The notes beneath the pieces are model-generated. The model was not told the DNA's origin and searched no databases. It saw only the letters and a program-made list of their open reading frames with translations. From positions 1-64,000 of the forward strand of contig ML992501.1 of the NCBI GenBank assembly GCA_010093995.1: a stretch of 64,000 nt of DNA, in the 5' to 3' direction. Shown here one piece after another: positions 22,201-34,072 of the stretch. The stretch comes from Elsinoe ampelina. Its lineage: Eukaryota. The translations under genes were made by a program, and so were the position numbers. The stretch's first letter is position 1. Every line of letters starts with the position of its first letter.

Positions 22201-23897
22201 ATGGCTCCGACTACTGACGCCGAGAAAATGGATAGAATCACCGTCGTCGAAGCTGGTAGCGACAACGACAACAACAGCCAGGAGAAGTTAGGGAACGCTG
22301 CTGATGATGTGGATGAGGCTTACCGCTTCCTCGTCAATGTCAATGTCACCGAAGAGGAGTTGGTGGCCACTGATCTCAAGAAGATTCAGCGCAAGATTGA
22401 CTCACGTATGGTCCCAATCATGCTGGCAGGATACTTCTTCACCTTTATCGACAAGGTGCTCCTCAACGTAAGCGCACCTTTGACTCTCATAGATGCCTTC
22501 AGCTGACCGGAGCAGTATGCAGCCGTCATGGGCATGAATCGTGAGATCAAGCTCGTTGGCAATCAATTCTCCAACGCCAATTCCTTCTTCTTCATCACTT
22601 ACCTTGTGGCTACGCCTTTGAATGGTATGCATCATGCTGTACCGAACCATACATCTCTCTGACTCCAACACAGGCTATGTTGTCAATAGACTACCAGCAG
22701 CCAAATGGCTCGGAACAAACATCTTACTCTGGGGAGTAACGACCGCATGCGGTGCAGCTATCAAGAACTACGGTACCTTGCTCGCCATTCGTCTCTTCCT
22801 GGGTCTATTCGAGTCTGCCATGAACCCATCCACGCCCATCATCCTGAGTGCCTGGTACACCAAGAAAGAACAGGCGGCACGGTTTGCATCTGCTGTTGCT
22901 GGAATGGGCGTCGGCCAGGTCATCGGCGGTCTATTGTCATTCGGTTTTCAGCATGTCAACAATCCATCTTTTTCTGGCTGGAGAGCTTTGCACCTGTTCT
23001 GCGGAGGTTTAACATGCCTGCTTGGGCTATGCTACTGGCTCTTCATCCCGGACAGCCCTTTAAAGGCTAAATTCCTCAGCGACGCTGAGAAGGTCGTCTT
23101 GCTTCGACACATTGCCAGTAACAGAACGACAGTCAGCAATTACAAGTTCACCAAGTCTCAGCTAGTGGATCTGGCCAAAGACCCTCAGACATACTTTCTG
23201 ACAATCCTCATGATACTGGTAGGTTGTCATCATAGCTCTACAAGGCATTGGCTAAAGATCACAGACAATGACACCATCCGGCGTGATCGCCGCATACTCG
23301 ACAACTCTCATCAGCGGCTTTGGCTATGGACCTCGACACGCCGCACTACTCAACATTCCCTCGGGCCTCGTGGCCGTCATCTTCATCATGGGCTCAGCAT
23401 GGGGTTTCCAGAAATACCAGTCCCGAGGCTTCTGGCTCGCTCTGGTCTGCGTCCCTGGCATGATCGGTGGTGGGCTAATGTCATTCATGCCCAGATCACA
23501 GAAAGGTGCTCTGCTGGCAGGCGTGTACCTCGTCAACTCGATCCCGGCAACAGTCACACTCAACCTCGCCTGGGCCAGTTCCAACTTCGCCGGCGTCACG
23601 AAGCGAGCATTCATCATGGCTGTACTGTCTGGGGCGTTTGCCATAGGGTCGCTCATTGGTCCCCAGACATTCCAAGCCAAGGATGCACCCGACTATATTC
23701 CTGCCAAGTTGACCTTGATGATCGTGCTTGCAGTCGCCATCGTGCTAGTGGGAGTTCTACTGGCTTACTACCGCTGGGAGAATGCCCGTCGGGACAGGGT
23801 GTATGGCAAACCTTCAGTCAGGATCCAGGACATGGATCCAGATACGTGGGCCAACGTCACGGACAGACAGAACACGGAGTTTCGCTATGTGTACTAG
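22201..23897 (+). CDS. MFS transporter, Dal5/allantoate permease (ACS) family (introns 22468-22515, 22625-22673, 23219-23264)
   Basis: Motifs KIDSRMVP, FIDKVLLN|YAAVMG, RLFLGLFES, WYTKKEQ, NFAGVTKR, GPQTF and TDRQNTEFRYVY. Confidence 0.92.
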
Positions 23898-23964
23898 ATC
23901 ATGCGAAGAAGAGTTCATTCGAGATAATCCATGTAGCTAGCCCACGGACACAAATTTTGGAAAA

Positions 23965-24762
23965 TTACCATCCAGCACCACCGGCCGCACCGCCAGTAGA
24001 TGCCACACTCCCCGTTGCAGTACCACCCGGCAGCATCGTTCCGTAGATGTGTGGTCGTTGCACCATCTTGACGTCGATGGTCGGCCCCAAGGGCTCTCGC
24101 TTGGTGACTTGTCTGTCTCTGTGAACTATCGCTGCTATCAACAAAAGTGCCCCGTCCTGTAGGGTCTGGTCGATGGGAAGATGAAGATCGAGTTGCCCGA
24201 CCTCGGTGCCCTGGGATGTGGTCGCGTTTTTAGCAGGAGCCAGGAGTGACAGGGTGGCTAGTCTAGGCCCCTTGGGCGGCTCAGCAGTTTTCTTGCCAGT
24301 TTCCTGCACTTCGCTACCCGCTGATGCCGTGGGTGCGTCGTGCAGGTCGTACTGGATGTAGCGCCTCGAAGGACGGAGGACGTGGCGCTCGGTCTGGTAG
24401 GTCTTGATCCAGCGTAGACTGCGAGCGTTTACTGTGAAGGGAATGTCGTTGGTCAAAGCTGGGAAAGACCATTCCGAGTGCTTAGGTTTGGTGTCGGAGG
24501 GGTGACCAATGGCGAGGCTGCCATCGGTGGCGGAGTTATAGGTGAGACTGGCGAGGGTTGGGCCAGAAAGGGATGATGGGTGGAGAGTGAGGTGTGGTGT
24601 TGTGGGTTCTCGAGTGAGGTGAACGAGATAGCTACTGTTTGGCGAGGAATAGATGAGGTCGTAAGGATCATTCAATGCTTCGAGTAGTTTGTATGAAGAA
24701 GGACTGTGGCCAAAGTAGGGGGGAGGTGGAGGTGCGGGACTGGATTTGGTGTCGGATGTCAT
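23965..24762 (-). CDS. Hypothetical protein
   Basis: About 265-aa open frame from MTSDTK with protein-like composition. No family recognised. Confidence 0.6.
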   Translation of the reverse strand: MTSDTKSSPAPPPPPYFGHSPSSYKLLEALNDPYDLIYSSPNSSYLVHLTREPTTPHLTLHPSSLSGPTLASLTYNSATDGSLAIGHPSDTKPKHSEWSFPALTNDIPFTVNARSLRWIKTYQTERHVLRPSRRYIQYDLHDAPTASAGSEVQETGKKTAEPPKGPRLATLSLLAPAKNATTSQGTEVGQLDLHLPIDQTLQDGALLLIAAIVHRDRQVTKREPLGPTIDVKMVQRPHIYGTMLPGGTATGSVASTGGAAGGAGW

Positions 24763-25915
24763 TTTGTGCTTGTTTCTCGCTGGTAGTAGTTTGATAGCGC
24801 ATTTCACAATGGACGAGGGCAAGGATACTTATATGCGACTCTATCTCAAGAAGATCATCTGTTCTGTTTGTGGTACATGGTATGCTTGTGCGGTACTGTC
24901 GTGGCTGAGTTTCCACCAAGTCTAAATTCAGGCATTTTCAGGCCAGCTCCGGTAACGAGGTCACGCTGCATCGTGACCATAGGCTAGAAGGCCGCTAGAA
25001 GGCCACTAAAACAAGGCATCAGCATCAAAGAGAGCAAGATCGTCACAGGGACAAGCACCGAGCTCCTGTCTAATAATAATAAAAGCCTTGTGTTCATCAC
25101 GGACGATCAATCACCTGGACTGTGGACACAAAACATTAATCTCCCGCGGCGCGGCTCCAGAATGAATAGCATGGCGAGTAACTTACACTATCAGTGCAAT
25201 TTGGACACATCGCTTGGAACTTCTCCGTCTGGCAGGTCTGAATTGAAAGACCAAGGACCGCGCGGCTTGGTACGGTATTCACTTTTGCCGTTGAATAATC
25301 TGTCGCCTTCTTTTCTCTTTTCCCCTCCTCGACCTCTACTCACCACCACCCCACCGTTCATTCTCCGCGGCCATTGAAACTCTGGCAAGTGGACGAGAGC
25401 TGAATCCAGCTACTCCACCGGCTCTGGAGATGCTTCTGGCTATCCAACGTGCTATAGTCCCTCTCCAACGTTCCCCGATCAGTCGCGCCGTTGTTGCTGT
25501 CTACGACCCCAAACGTCTTCAGCCTATCGCACTGCCATACGAGATACATGCGCTGCCACTTCTAGGCCACGCGCTCGCCCGTCGCTAGGATCACTAGTCC
25601 TGTTGGCGAACAGGTTCATTTTGTCTTGCGTTATGCCCCGAACGTCGTCGGTGGTCAGCTCTCGCTGTCGCCGACAACCCAGAGCAACTCCAGCGTCTAT
25701 TGAGCCACATGCTTCTAGCCAATCTTGATCCAGTTCGACGTTATTCTGCCGTGTCAACTATCCGACAAGCTTCATTTTGTATGCTTGATCTGGTCCAGGA
25801 ACCATGGTATAAAGAAGTTGAGCCGTACCCTTCTAATTGTTTCCTGCTACCAGTCCATACACATTAATCGTCCTCGACCACATTCTTTACCCATTCATTC
25901 TTCCACATTGTCAAG

Positions 25916-27490
25916 ATGCATTTTAATATCGCTACCCTTCTCGCCCTTGGCGTCGCAGTCCCCTCTGTCGTCGCAGGCCCTGTCGCCCGTCGGGACGAGT
26001 CAAGCCTCGTCACAAAGGATGAAGATCCTTCCGTCCTCGTCCCTGCTCCTCTTCTCCGTAGCTTCGCCGAGGATGGTCCGGATAAGCGCGACGTAGCCGC
26101 TCCCGAGTCAAAAGCCAAGGGCAAGGGTGGCAATGGCGGCAATTCCAACAAGGGCGGTAATGGAGGCAACAAGGGCGGGAACGCTGGCAAGGGTAATGGA
26201 GGCAATGCCGGAAAGGGCAACGGAGGCAACTCTGGTAGCTCCGGCAACAATGGCAACAGCGGAAAGGGCAACGGCGGAAAGGGTGAAGGTGCTCAACCAA
26301 CCAAGGCAAGCGGTGGCAAGGGCAACGGCGGAAAGGGTGAAGGTGCTCAACCAACCAAGGCAAGCGGTGGCAAGGGCAACGGTGGCAAGGGAGAGGGCGC
26401 TCAACCTACCAAGGCCAGTGGCGGTGGCAAGGGCAATGGATCCGGCAAGGGTAATGGTGGTAAGGGCAATGGAGGAAAGGGCAATGGCGCGCAGCCTACC
26501 AAGGCCAGCGGAGGTGGTGGTGGAAAGGGTAAGGGCAATGGTGGCAAGGGCAACGGCGGCAAGGGCAAAGGCGGCAAGGGAGGCTCGAAGACAACCCCAG
26601 CACCAGGCAAGCCCACAAAGGGCCCCGGCAAGGGCAAGAAGACCAGCTCTCCTACGCCAACCTTCACCGCGCCATCCAACGGCACCGGCACCAAGACCAA
26701 GGGTCCCGGCAAGCCAGGCAAGGCCACTTCTCTGCTCCCCTCACCGACCGCCAACCCGCTCCAGAGCAACTTCAACATCGTCTCGGTGAACAACGGAGGA
26801 AATGAGCTCGCCACTCTCGAGCACGGTGACAACGGAGAGGGTTTCGACCTCGGCGGAGAGGACGGAGTTTACACTTACAACGAGGCATCTCAGTACGTTT
26901 ACCTCGGCAACAGCACTGAGCTCCTCGTAGTCGTCGGCAGCTCGACCGTCGATGGCACAGACCTCCCTAAGCGTATCGCTGCTGCTGCACCCAGCGACGC
27001 CAACGTCGACGATCGTCTCATCTGTGCCTTCACCCAGAAGGGCAGCCAGGGTCAGTTCGCCGCTTGCCACACCACGGCCGAGCCAAGCGGTGTCCTTGCA
27101 AAGGTCACCGTCGAGGAGTCCGGCGAGACTTACCTCACCCTGACCACCACCGACGCCTTGACCAAGGATACCATTCTCTACCTCAAGGCCGTTGCCTCGG
27201 AGGACGATGGCAGCGACGACACTGGTGATGATGACACTGGTGATGACTCGGGAGACGACTCGGGAGACGACTCCGGCGACGACTCGGGCGAAGACTCTGG
27301 CGAAGACTCTGGCGAAGACTCCGGCGAAGACTCGACTGGAGATGATTCCACCGGTGATGACTCTGCTGGTGACGACCCCGCTGATGATGATTCCACTGGA
27401 GACGATTCGACCGGTGACGAATCTACTGGCGATGACAGCTCTGACCCTGCCGACCCTGAGGACCCTGAGGATCCTGAGGAGACTGATTAG
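25916..27490 (+). CDS. Secreted low-complexity repeat protein: Gly/Lys/Asn block, P/T/K linker, small globular domain, Asp/Glu-rich tail
   Basis: Signal peptide MHFNIATLLALGVAVPSVVAG. RR and KR sites, GKGNGG repeats, and GDDS/GEDS tail repeats. TATAAA at about 25808. Confidence 0.85.
   Translation: MHFNIATLLALGVAVPSVVAGPVARRDESSLVTKDEDPSVLVPAPLLRSFAEDGPDKRDVAAPESKAKGKGGNGGNSNKGGNGGNKGGNAGKGNGGNAGKGNGGNSGSSGNNGNSGKGNGGKGEGAQPTKASGGKGNGGKGEGAQPTKASGGKGNGGKGEGAQPTKASGGGKGNGSGKGNGGKGNGGKGNGAQPTKASGGGGGKGKGNGGKGNGGKGKGGKGGSKTTPAPGKPTKGPGKGKKTSSPTPTFTAPSNGTGTKTKGPGKPGKATSLLPSPTANPLQSNFNIVSVNNGGNELATLEHGDNGEGFDLGGEDGVYTYNEASQYVYLGNSTELLVVVGSSTVDGTDLPKRIAAAAPSDANVDDRLICAFTQKGSQGQFAACHTTAEPSGVLAKVTVEESGETYLTLTTTDALTKDTILYLKAVASEDDGSDDTGDDDTGDDSGDDSGDDSGDDSGEDSGEDSGEDSGEDSTGDDSTGDDSAGDDPADDDSTGDDSTGDESTGDDSSDPADPEDPEDPEETD
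26261..26430 (+). repeat. Coding tandem repeat, 54 nt / 18 aa (GKGNGGKGEGAQPTKASG) x3
   Basis: Near-identical copies of ggcaacggcggaaagggtgaaggtgctcaaccaaccaaggcaagcggtggcaag. Confidence 0.9.
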
Positions 27491-27872
27491 ATGGAGGTAA
27501 ACACGATCATGGGCAGGATCTAGGGAGTGGGAAACTTTGAACAAAATACACTTATTACATACTTAATGCATAATACTCTCTTCATGATGCACATCCATAA
27601 CATGACCGAGCGACAAAACGAGTGCACTGTGCATCTCAACTCGTGGGATCCATGATCGACATTTCTCCGCCTCCCCACAACCGACTTGGTCGCCATTGGT
27701 GGACCTGATCTCTACCAAGACAAGACAAGCACCTCCCTCATTTAACCTTGCCTTCCGCCGTAAATGCCCAAACTCACCGAAGCGATGTCGCCTTTGACAT
27801 GTCCATACATGAAAAAGGCCAAGTCCACCTCGTAGGTAAGTTTCATTCGTCCAACCACCAACCCTGCCCACA

Positions 27873-28646
27873 ATGCACGCCTCTATCCCCTTGGTCGCAC
27901 TGTTTGCGACCCTCGCGTCTGCCCTGCCAGATCCTGCTTCGAAGAAAGCCAAACCGCCTTCATTCTTTCTCGCCGGCGACTCCACCACTGCTACCCAATC
28001 ACCAGGCGGTGGTGGCTGGGGCGATGGCTTCCTGAACACCACCCTCTCTCACGGCGCCTTTGGCAAGAACTTTGGCCACAACGGTGCCACCACCGTCTCC
28101 TTCCGTGCAGGAGGCGACTGGGCCGCCGTGCTCGCCGCAGCCAAAGCAGCCCTGCCCAGCTCAAAGCCCTACGTGACGATCCAATTCGGCCACAACGACC
28201 AGAAGCCGGACAAGAACATCTCCATGGGCCTCCTCACTGCGAACCTCGAGAAGTTCGTGGCAGAAGTCAGAGCTGTACCCGCCACACCGGTGCTGGTCAC
28301 CAGTCTCAGTCGACGATCTTACAAGAACGGCACCGTGGTGTTGAACCTCGCGGACGTAAGGGCGGCAGCGCTTCAGGCGGCGGAGAACAGTGGTGCCGCC
28401 ATCATCGATTTGAACGAGAAGAGCACGGCATACCTCAATGCGATTGGGGAGACGGATGCGCAGCAGTATAACTTGAACCCGACGGATAGGACGCACTTGA
28501 ATGTTGCCGGCAGCGTCGTGTTTGGTAGCATGGTCGCTGGATTGTTGGATGAGGAGGTCAAGGAGGTGAGGAAGTATGTGAAGCCCGTGAAGGACATTGC
28601 GGAGGCGATTGAGGAGGGAAAGTTCATCTTGCCGACAGTACGATGA
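27873..28646 (+). CDS. Secreted SGNH/GDSL esterase, rhamnogalacturonan acetylesterase-like (CE12)
   Basis: Motifs FLAGDST, GWG, GHNGATT, QFGHND and DRTH. Confidence 0.9.
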   Translation: MHASIPLVALFATLASALPDPASKKAKPPSFFLAGDSTTATQSPGGGGWGDGFLNTTLSHGAFGKNFGHNGATTVSFRAGGDWAAVLAAAKAALPSSKPYVTIQFGHNDQKPDKNISMGLLTANLEKFVAEVRAVPATPVLVTSLSRRSYKNGTVVLNLADVRAAALQAAENSGAAIIDLNEKSTAYLNAIGETDAQQYNLNPTDRTHLNVAGSVVFGSMVAGLLDEEVKEVRKYVKPVKDIAEAIEEGKFILPTVR

Positions 28647-29501
28647 GGCATGATTAGAATAAATCGCTGAATATCATACCATACCATATTGTCTCTGCGC
28701 CCTTTTCCAGTGCCTCATGTTTTGAGTGGAGAAAAGTCGTGCGGAATTCATATCAAGTTGGACACTAGCTCAACCGTCTCCTCAGATCGTCCTGCAAAAA
28801 ACGGCTTGACGGTGTGAGGGAATTCTTCCGCTACTTTTGCACCAGCTTCATGATCTCTCTATCGCTCCAATCCGGCAATCGCATGTCGTGTCATTTCGAA
28901 CCTCTTTTTGGGAGGTGCTCGCTGCACGACGGCGAGCATCGGCTGAGCCCTGAGCTTCCAGAATTGCACCATGGCGCTCGCTATGCAGATCTGGCACCCT
29001 GACACGAAACCCTGCCTCTCAAGCGCATGAGCGCCTCCAAGAGCACCTTCCTGGATGATCTACAAGATGCCGAACTTGGTCAGGTCATTCACAAAGCTTG
29101 TCCAAGGCTTGGAGAGCTTGTCAATGCTTGACGAGCCAGCTATCTCACGCTAACGTGACACCGCTGGTCTCTGGACCGCGATCAAACATCCTACCAGCCA
29201 ATCATCTCGTCTGGCGGCGTGTTCCTGAACCCTTCCATCAATTTGTCTTTGGTTTCGACCACTGATTCGTCTTCGCCTCGCCTGCCTCCGTGATGACCTC
29301 CTTCCGAGGCAGTACCTGTCGTCAAAGTGTATCTGCTTGCTTGCAAACATCGGGCAGGTGCACTCGCTTCTAGCATGCACCTCTGGAAAGTGCCCTCAAT
29401 AGCCTCTCTACTACCTCTGTCCATGATAACAAAACCACTCGCAAGAGTGGTATAAAGCCATCATCTCCCACACGTATTCCTTCCTTGTTCATCATATCAT
29501 T

Positions 29502-31068
29502 ATGAAGTTCACTCTGGCAGCTCTCACTTTGGCCACGGCCGTCGTCGCCGCCCCCTTTGAGGGCACTCTCAAGGACAAAAGATCCTTCGTCGAACGCGAT
29601 GGAGTCAACTACACCGTTTTTGAGCATGCTGCCACGGGGGCCAAGCTGCAGTTCGTCACCAACTCTGGTATCTGCGAGACGACGCCGGGTGTGAACCAGT
29701 ATTCCGGCTATCTTTCCGTCGGAACCAACATGAACATGTGTAAGTCCTACCAGCTCAACTGTCTGACCCCTACTGAATCCCCAGGGTTCTGGTTCTTCGA
29801 AGCCCGCAATAGTCCTACCACTGCCCCTCTCGCTACCTGGTTTAACGGCGGTCCTGGCTGCAGTTCCATGATCGGCCTCTTCCAGGAAAACGGTCCTTGC
29901 CACTTTGTCAATGGTGCTTCGACCCCATCCCTCAACCCCTACAGCTGGAACACCTTTGCGAACATGCTGTATATTGACCAGCCTATCGGTGTTGGTTTCA
30001 GCTACGGTACCGATTCTGTCACTTCCACCGTCACAGCAGCTCCCTATGTCTGGAAATTACTGCAAGCCTTCTATGCTCAGTTCCCGCAGTACGAGAACAG
30101 AGACTTTGGCATCTTCACCGAGAGCTACGGTGGTCATTACGGTCCAGAATTCGCCGCCTACTTCGAACAGCAGAATGCGGCGGTTGCTGCAGGCACTGTA
30201 TCCGGTCAGAAGATTCCTCTTGTCGCCCTTGGTGTCAACAACGGGTGGTTTGATCCTACCATTCAGTACAAGGCCTATGTCGACTACAGCTACAACAACT
30301 CCTACAACAAGATCATTACTAGCGCCGCGACATACAACAGCTACATCAGTGCTTACAACAATAAATGCGTACCAGCGTTGAAGCAATGCACTGGACTTAC
30401 AGGCGCTGACTCGGCTTGTGCCAATGCGCAGAATGTATGCTACAATGCCATCGAGGGCCCTCTTTCAGAGATTGGCGACTTTGACGTCTACGATGTGAGG
30501 GAACCGTCGAATGACCCATACCCACCCGCTGTAAGTCTTTCGTCTGTATAGAAGGACCCTGCTAATACTACCAGACTTACTCTTCTTACCTGACTAACCC
30601 CTCTGTCGTCAAGGCAATTGGCGCTCAATCAACCTACCAAGAGTGTCCCAATGGACCCTACCAGAAATTTTCAAACACTGGTGACGACAGCAGATCACTT
30701 CTGTCGACTCTCGGCACGGTCATCTCCAGTGGTATTCGTGTGCTGCTCTGGGCAGGTGATGCCGACTGGATCTGCAACTACCGTAAGTCACCTCACCATG
30801 CTGATAGGGCTCAAGTGCTGACTTCCACGTAGAAGGTGGTTTCGCTGTGGCCAACGCCGTCAGCTGGACGGGTAAGACGACCTTCGCGTCCACTGCGCTC
30901 AAGCCATACACTGTCGCCGGCAAGGCAGTTGGACTCTTCAAGACCGTCAGCAACTTCAGCTGGTTGCAATTGTATGCATCCGGTCACGAAGCGCCGTACT
31001 ACCAGCCTGCGGCATCCCTTCAGATCTTCAAGCAGATTCTGTCCAAGCAGCCGTTGACCAGCACTTGA
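29502..31068 (+). CDS. Secreted serine carboxypeptidase S10 (introns 29740-29784, 30531-30574, 30783-30832)
   Basis: Motifs WFNGGPGCSS, DQPIGVGFS, TESYGGHY and SGHEAPYYQP. Confidence 0.95.
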
Positions 31069-31217
31069 GAGGCAGATGTACGCGTGGACATTAGTCGAAA
31101 GTCCGAGGCAAATCGATGGAAGGTTGGATGCTCCAGCGACGTTGGACGTTCGTATCCTGGTAGTGTCATAGATGAATGTCAATCATGTCTCATCATCTTA
31201 CTCTGCGACACCAATCT

Positions 31218-31536
31218 TGATAACATTGAAACTGTGTATCTCCACGCAGCGATATCGGAGCCAAGCCGGAAAAAGCCCAGACCCCTCCACGACCTCATCC
31301 GCGCGCCAAAAAGCAAATTATCTTTCTCATTCAGGGTCCCAATTCCGCCCCTCGTTATCTTTGGTGCCTTGGCATTCCCGGACGCCGCCGTCCCCCACCG
31401 TCGTTTCTCGCCGGCCTTATCAGAGCGTTTACGACTTTCCTGACCTTCTCATTCGCTCCGACCATGTCTTAGCTCGCCAAGAAGGCCCCCCGTTCCCATG
31501 TGGCTCTGGCTCGGCATAACGCTGGCAGAAAGATAG
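31218..31536. promoter_or_regulatory. Cluster of five HGATAR (AreA/NIT2-type) sites upstream of the purine permease
   Basis: TGATAA at 31218, TTATCT at 31318 and 31355, TTATCA at 31417, AGATAG at 31531. Consistent with nitrogen-metabolite control. Confidence 0.5.
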
Positions 31537-31655
31537 GTAATCAGATCGCGTTACATACATGAGTAGGCCGCTCGCGTGCTCTTCTGCTTGAACTTTCCCG
31601 ACAGCTTGGGTAGTGTTGACTTTGCTTTCATTGTTGTTGTACTACCACGGTCATC

Positions 31656-33567
31656 ATGAAGTCGATCAGGTCCTACGTGGACCAGCTCAACTACACCGTC
31701 GCCAGGTCGGCGGTGGGCAAGTACTTTCATCTCGAAAATTCTGGTCACGTAAGGTGCCTCGATGAGCAATAATGCCAGACCAGTCAATTGACAGTCTCCC
31801 AGACCAACGAGATCACCAATGCCAAACTCTCCACCGAGATCCGCGCCGGTCTCACCACTTTCTTCACAATGGCCTACATCATCGCCGTCAACGTCCGTCT
31901 TTTCGTCCCTACACGACTTTTGTAGTCCCAGGCTAACAATGCCCAGTCCGCCATCCTCAGCGACAGCGGCGGCACCTGCATCTGCAACAGCACGCCCGAC
32001 GACCCCATCTGCACCACAAACGAAGAATACGCCCTCTGCCTCGTCGACCTCAACCGGGACTTTGTCACCGCCACCGCCGCCATCTCGGCCCTCGCCTCCT
32101 TCATGATGGGTCTGTTCGCCAACCTCCCCGTCGCCGTCGCCCCCGCCATGGGCATCAACGCCTACTTCGTCTACCAGCTCGTCGGCTTCCACGGGTCGGG
32201 ACAACTCACGTACCGCGTCGCGCTCACGGCCGTGTTCATCGAGGGCTTGATCTTCGTGGCGCTGAGTCTGTTCGGCATCCGGCAGTGGCTTGCGCGCACC
32301 ATCCCCGCTAGCATCAAGGTCGCGTGCGGAGTGGGTATCGGTTTGTTCTTGACGATTATCGGGCTGAGTTACTCTGCTGGTATCGGTGCGATTACAGGGG
32401 CGGTGGCCACGCCGTTGACGCTGGGCGGGTGCACGGCTGCGCAGCGCGATCCGGATACCGGGGAATGTTTGTCCGGCAAGGCGGCGTCGCCGACCATGTG
32501 GATTGGGTTCACGCTGGGGTTGTTGCTTACTGGCATCTTGATGACGTATAAGATTCGGGGTGCGATCATCTTTGGTATCCTGATTGTGTCCATCTTCTCG
32601 TGGCCGAGGAACTCGGACTTCACGTACTTCCCGAGGACGCCGGTGGGGGATTCCAGGTTCGACTTTTTCAAGAATGTGGTCACTTTCAGGCCGATTCAGG
32701 ATACACTGGCTGCGCAGGACTGGAATATCTCGGGCGCCGGCGGGCAATTCGCTCTGGCCATCTTCACGATGTTGTACGTCGACATTTTGGACTGCACTGG
32801 TACCCTGTACTCCATGGCTCGCTTCAGCGGAGTCGTCAACGAGCGCACTGGAGACTTCCCGCGTTCTACCATTGCGTACTGCTCTGACGCCGTGTGCATC
32901 TCCATTGGCTCGCTTTTTGGTCTGGCGCCGGTCACTGCCTTTGTCGAGAGCGGTGCAGGTATCCAGGAAGGTGGTAGGACCGGTCTTACAGCGATGGTGA
33001 CCGGTCTGTGCTTCTTCATCTCGCTCTTCTTCGCGCCAATCTTTGCGAGCATTCCACCTTTCGCAACCGGTGGAGCGCTGATCTTGGTCGGAAGCATGAT
33101 GATGAGGGGAGTCGTGGCTATCAACTGGAAGTATCCGGGTGACGCAATCCCAGCGTTCATCACGCTGATGTTCATGCCATTCTCTTACTCGATCGCATAT
33201 GGTTTGATTGCGTAAGTTGATCTCGTAGAATCGTGATCCAAATACTAACATATCCTAGTGGTCTTCTCTCCTACGCAGTCATCAACTCCACCATCTGGAT
33301 GCTCAAGGTTGTCTCGAGGGGTCGCATCCAGCCACCAGATTATGATGCGAAGGAGTCTTGGTCATGTAAGGATACCTCTGAGCAAAAATCTTGTACAAAC
33401 CTGACATCCTTGCAGTCAAATATTCGGACGAGAACGACCCTCATTGGCTTGTCCGAGCTGTTCAGGGAGACAGGCAGTTCTGGAGGAAGAGGACCGTCAT
33501 CGAGAGCGAGCCCGTGTCTGATGAGAAGCTGGAGACACAAAGCGCCGATGCACAGCAGAAAGTCTAA
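31656..33567 (+). CDS. azgA: AzgA-like purine permease (introns 31749-31802, 31893-31946, 33212-33258, 33366-33415)
   Basis: Motifs EIRAGLTTFFTMAYIIAVN, NLPVAVAPAMGINAYF, ESGAGIQEGGRTGLTA and PFSYSIAYGLIA. Confidence 0.92.
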
Positions 33568-34072
33568 CCCAAGGCGTTGATTGACAAGGCCAATGGCTTC
33601 TGAGAATGAAAGTTGTGGTTTGCCGAAGAGATCCATCACCTCGTGTAAGATTGACATGTTCGTATGCTTGGAAATTCTAGCCCACGCCGCTGTTTAGTGT
33701 TGCTTCCCACTACTATACGCCATTCAACGAAGCCTCCAGCACGTTGAAACTCGAATGGGAAGCATATTCCCTAATCCATCCCGAAGCTCACCGGCGAGGG
33801 TACCGTAAACATCAGTTAATCCACAATCCTAGCGGTCAACCGCCACGCGAGGCTTCACATATCCCGACCAAGGAGGCTTCGGCGATACTGACACTTGAAA
33901 TATCGCCTTTGCTGCCTCCGGTATCCGCCATGGTCGTCGATGAATTGAAAACGGTGTTGTTGGTGGAGAACAAGAGCAAAAGCGGAACTGTAGGACCTAT
34001 CGATAGGTGCGTCATAGTCTTATAATTGCGATGAATCGGTTATATATTGGAGATCGCCGTGGCGGGCTCATG

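Noticed and set aside
23219..23264. Apparent frameshift between the MFS ORFs 22622-24046 and 23268-23897
   Set aside because: Explained by a 46-nt GTAGGT...CAG intron that restores the frame. Not a pseudogene.
26100..26700. RiPP/KEP (Kex2-processed repeat peptide) precursor reading of the GKGNG repeats
   Set aside because: The repeat units are not separated by KR/RR sites. KR/RR sites occur before the block, not between units.
31551..33251. 566-aa antisense ORF opposite azgA (similarly 39475-40428, 26741-27544, 40801-41541)
   Set aside because: These are shadow ORFs expected from strong third-position GC bias in the sense gene. They have no domain features.
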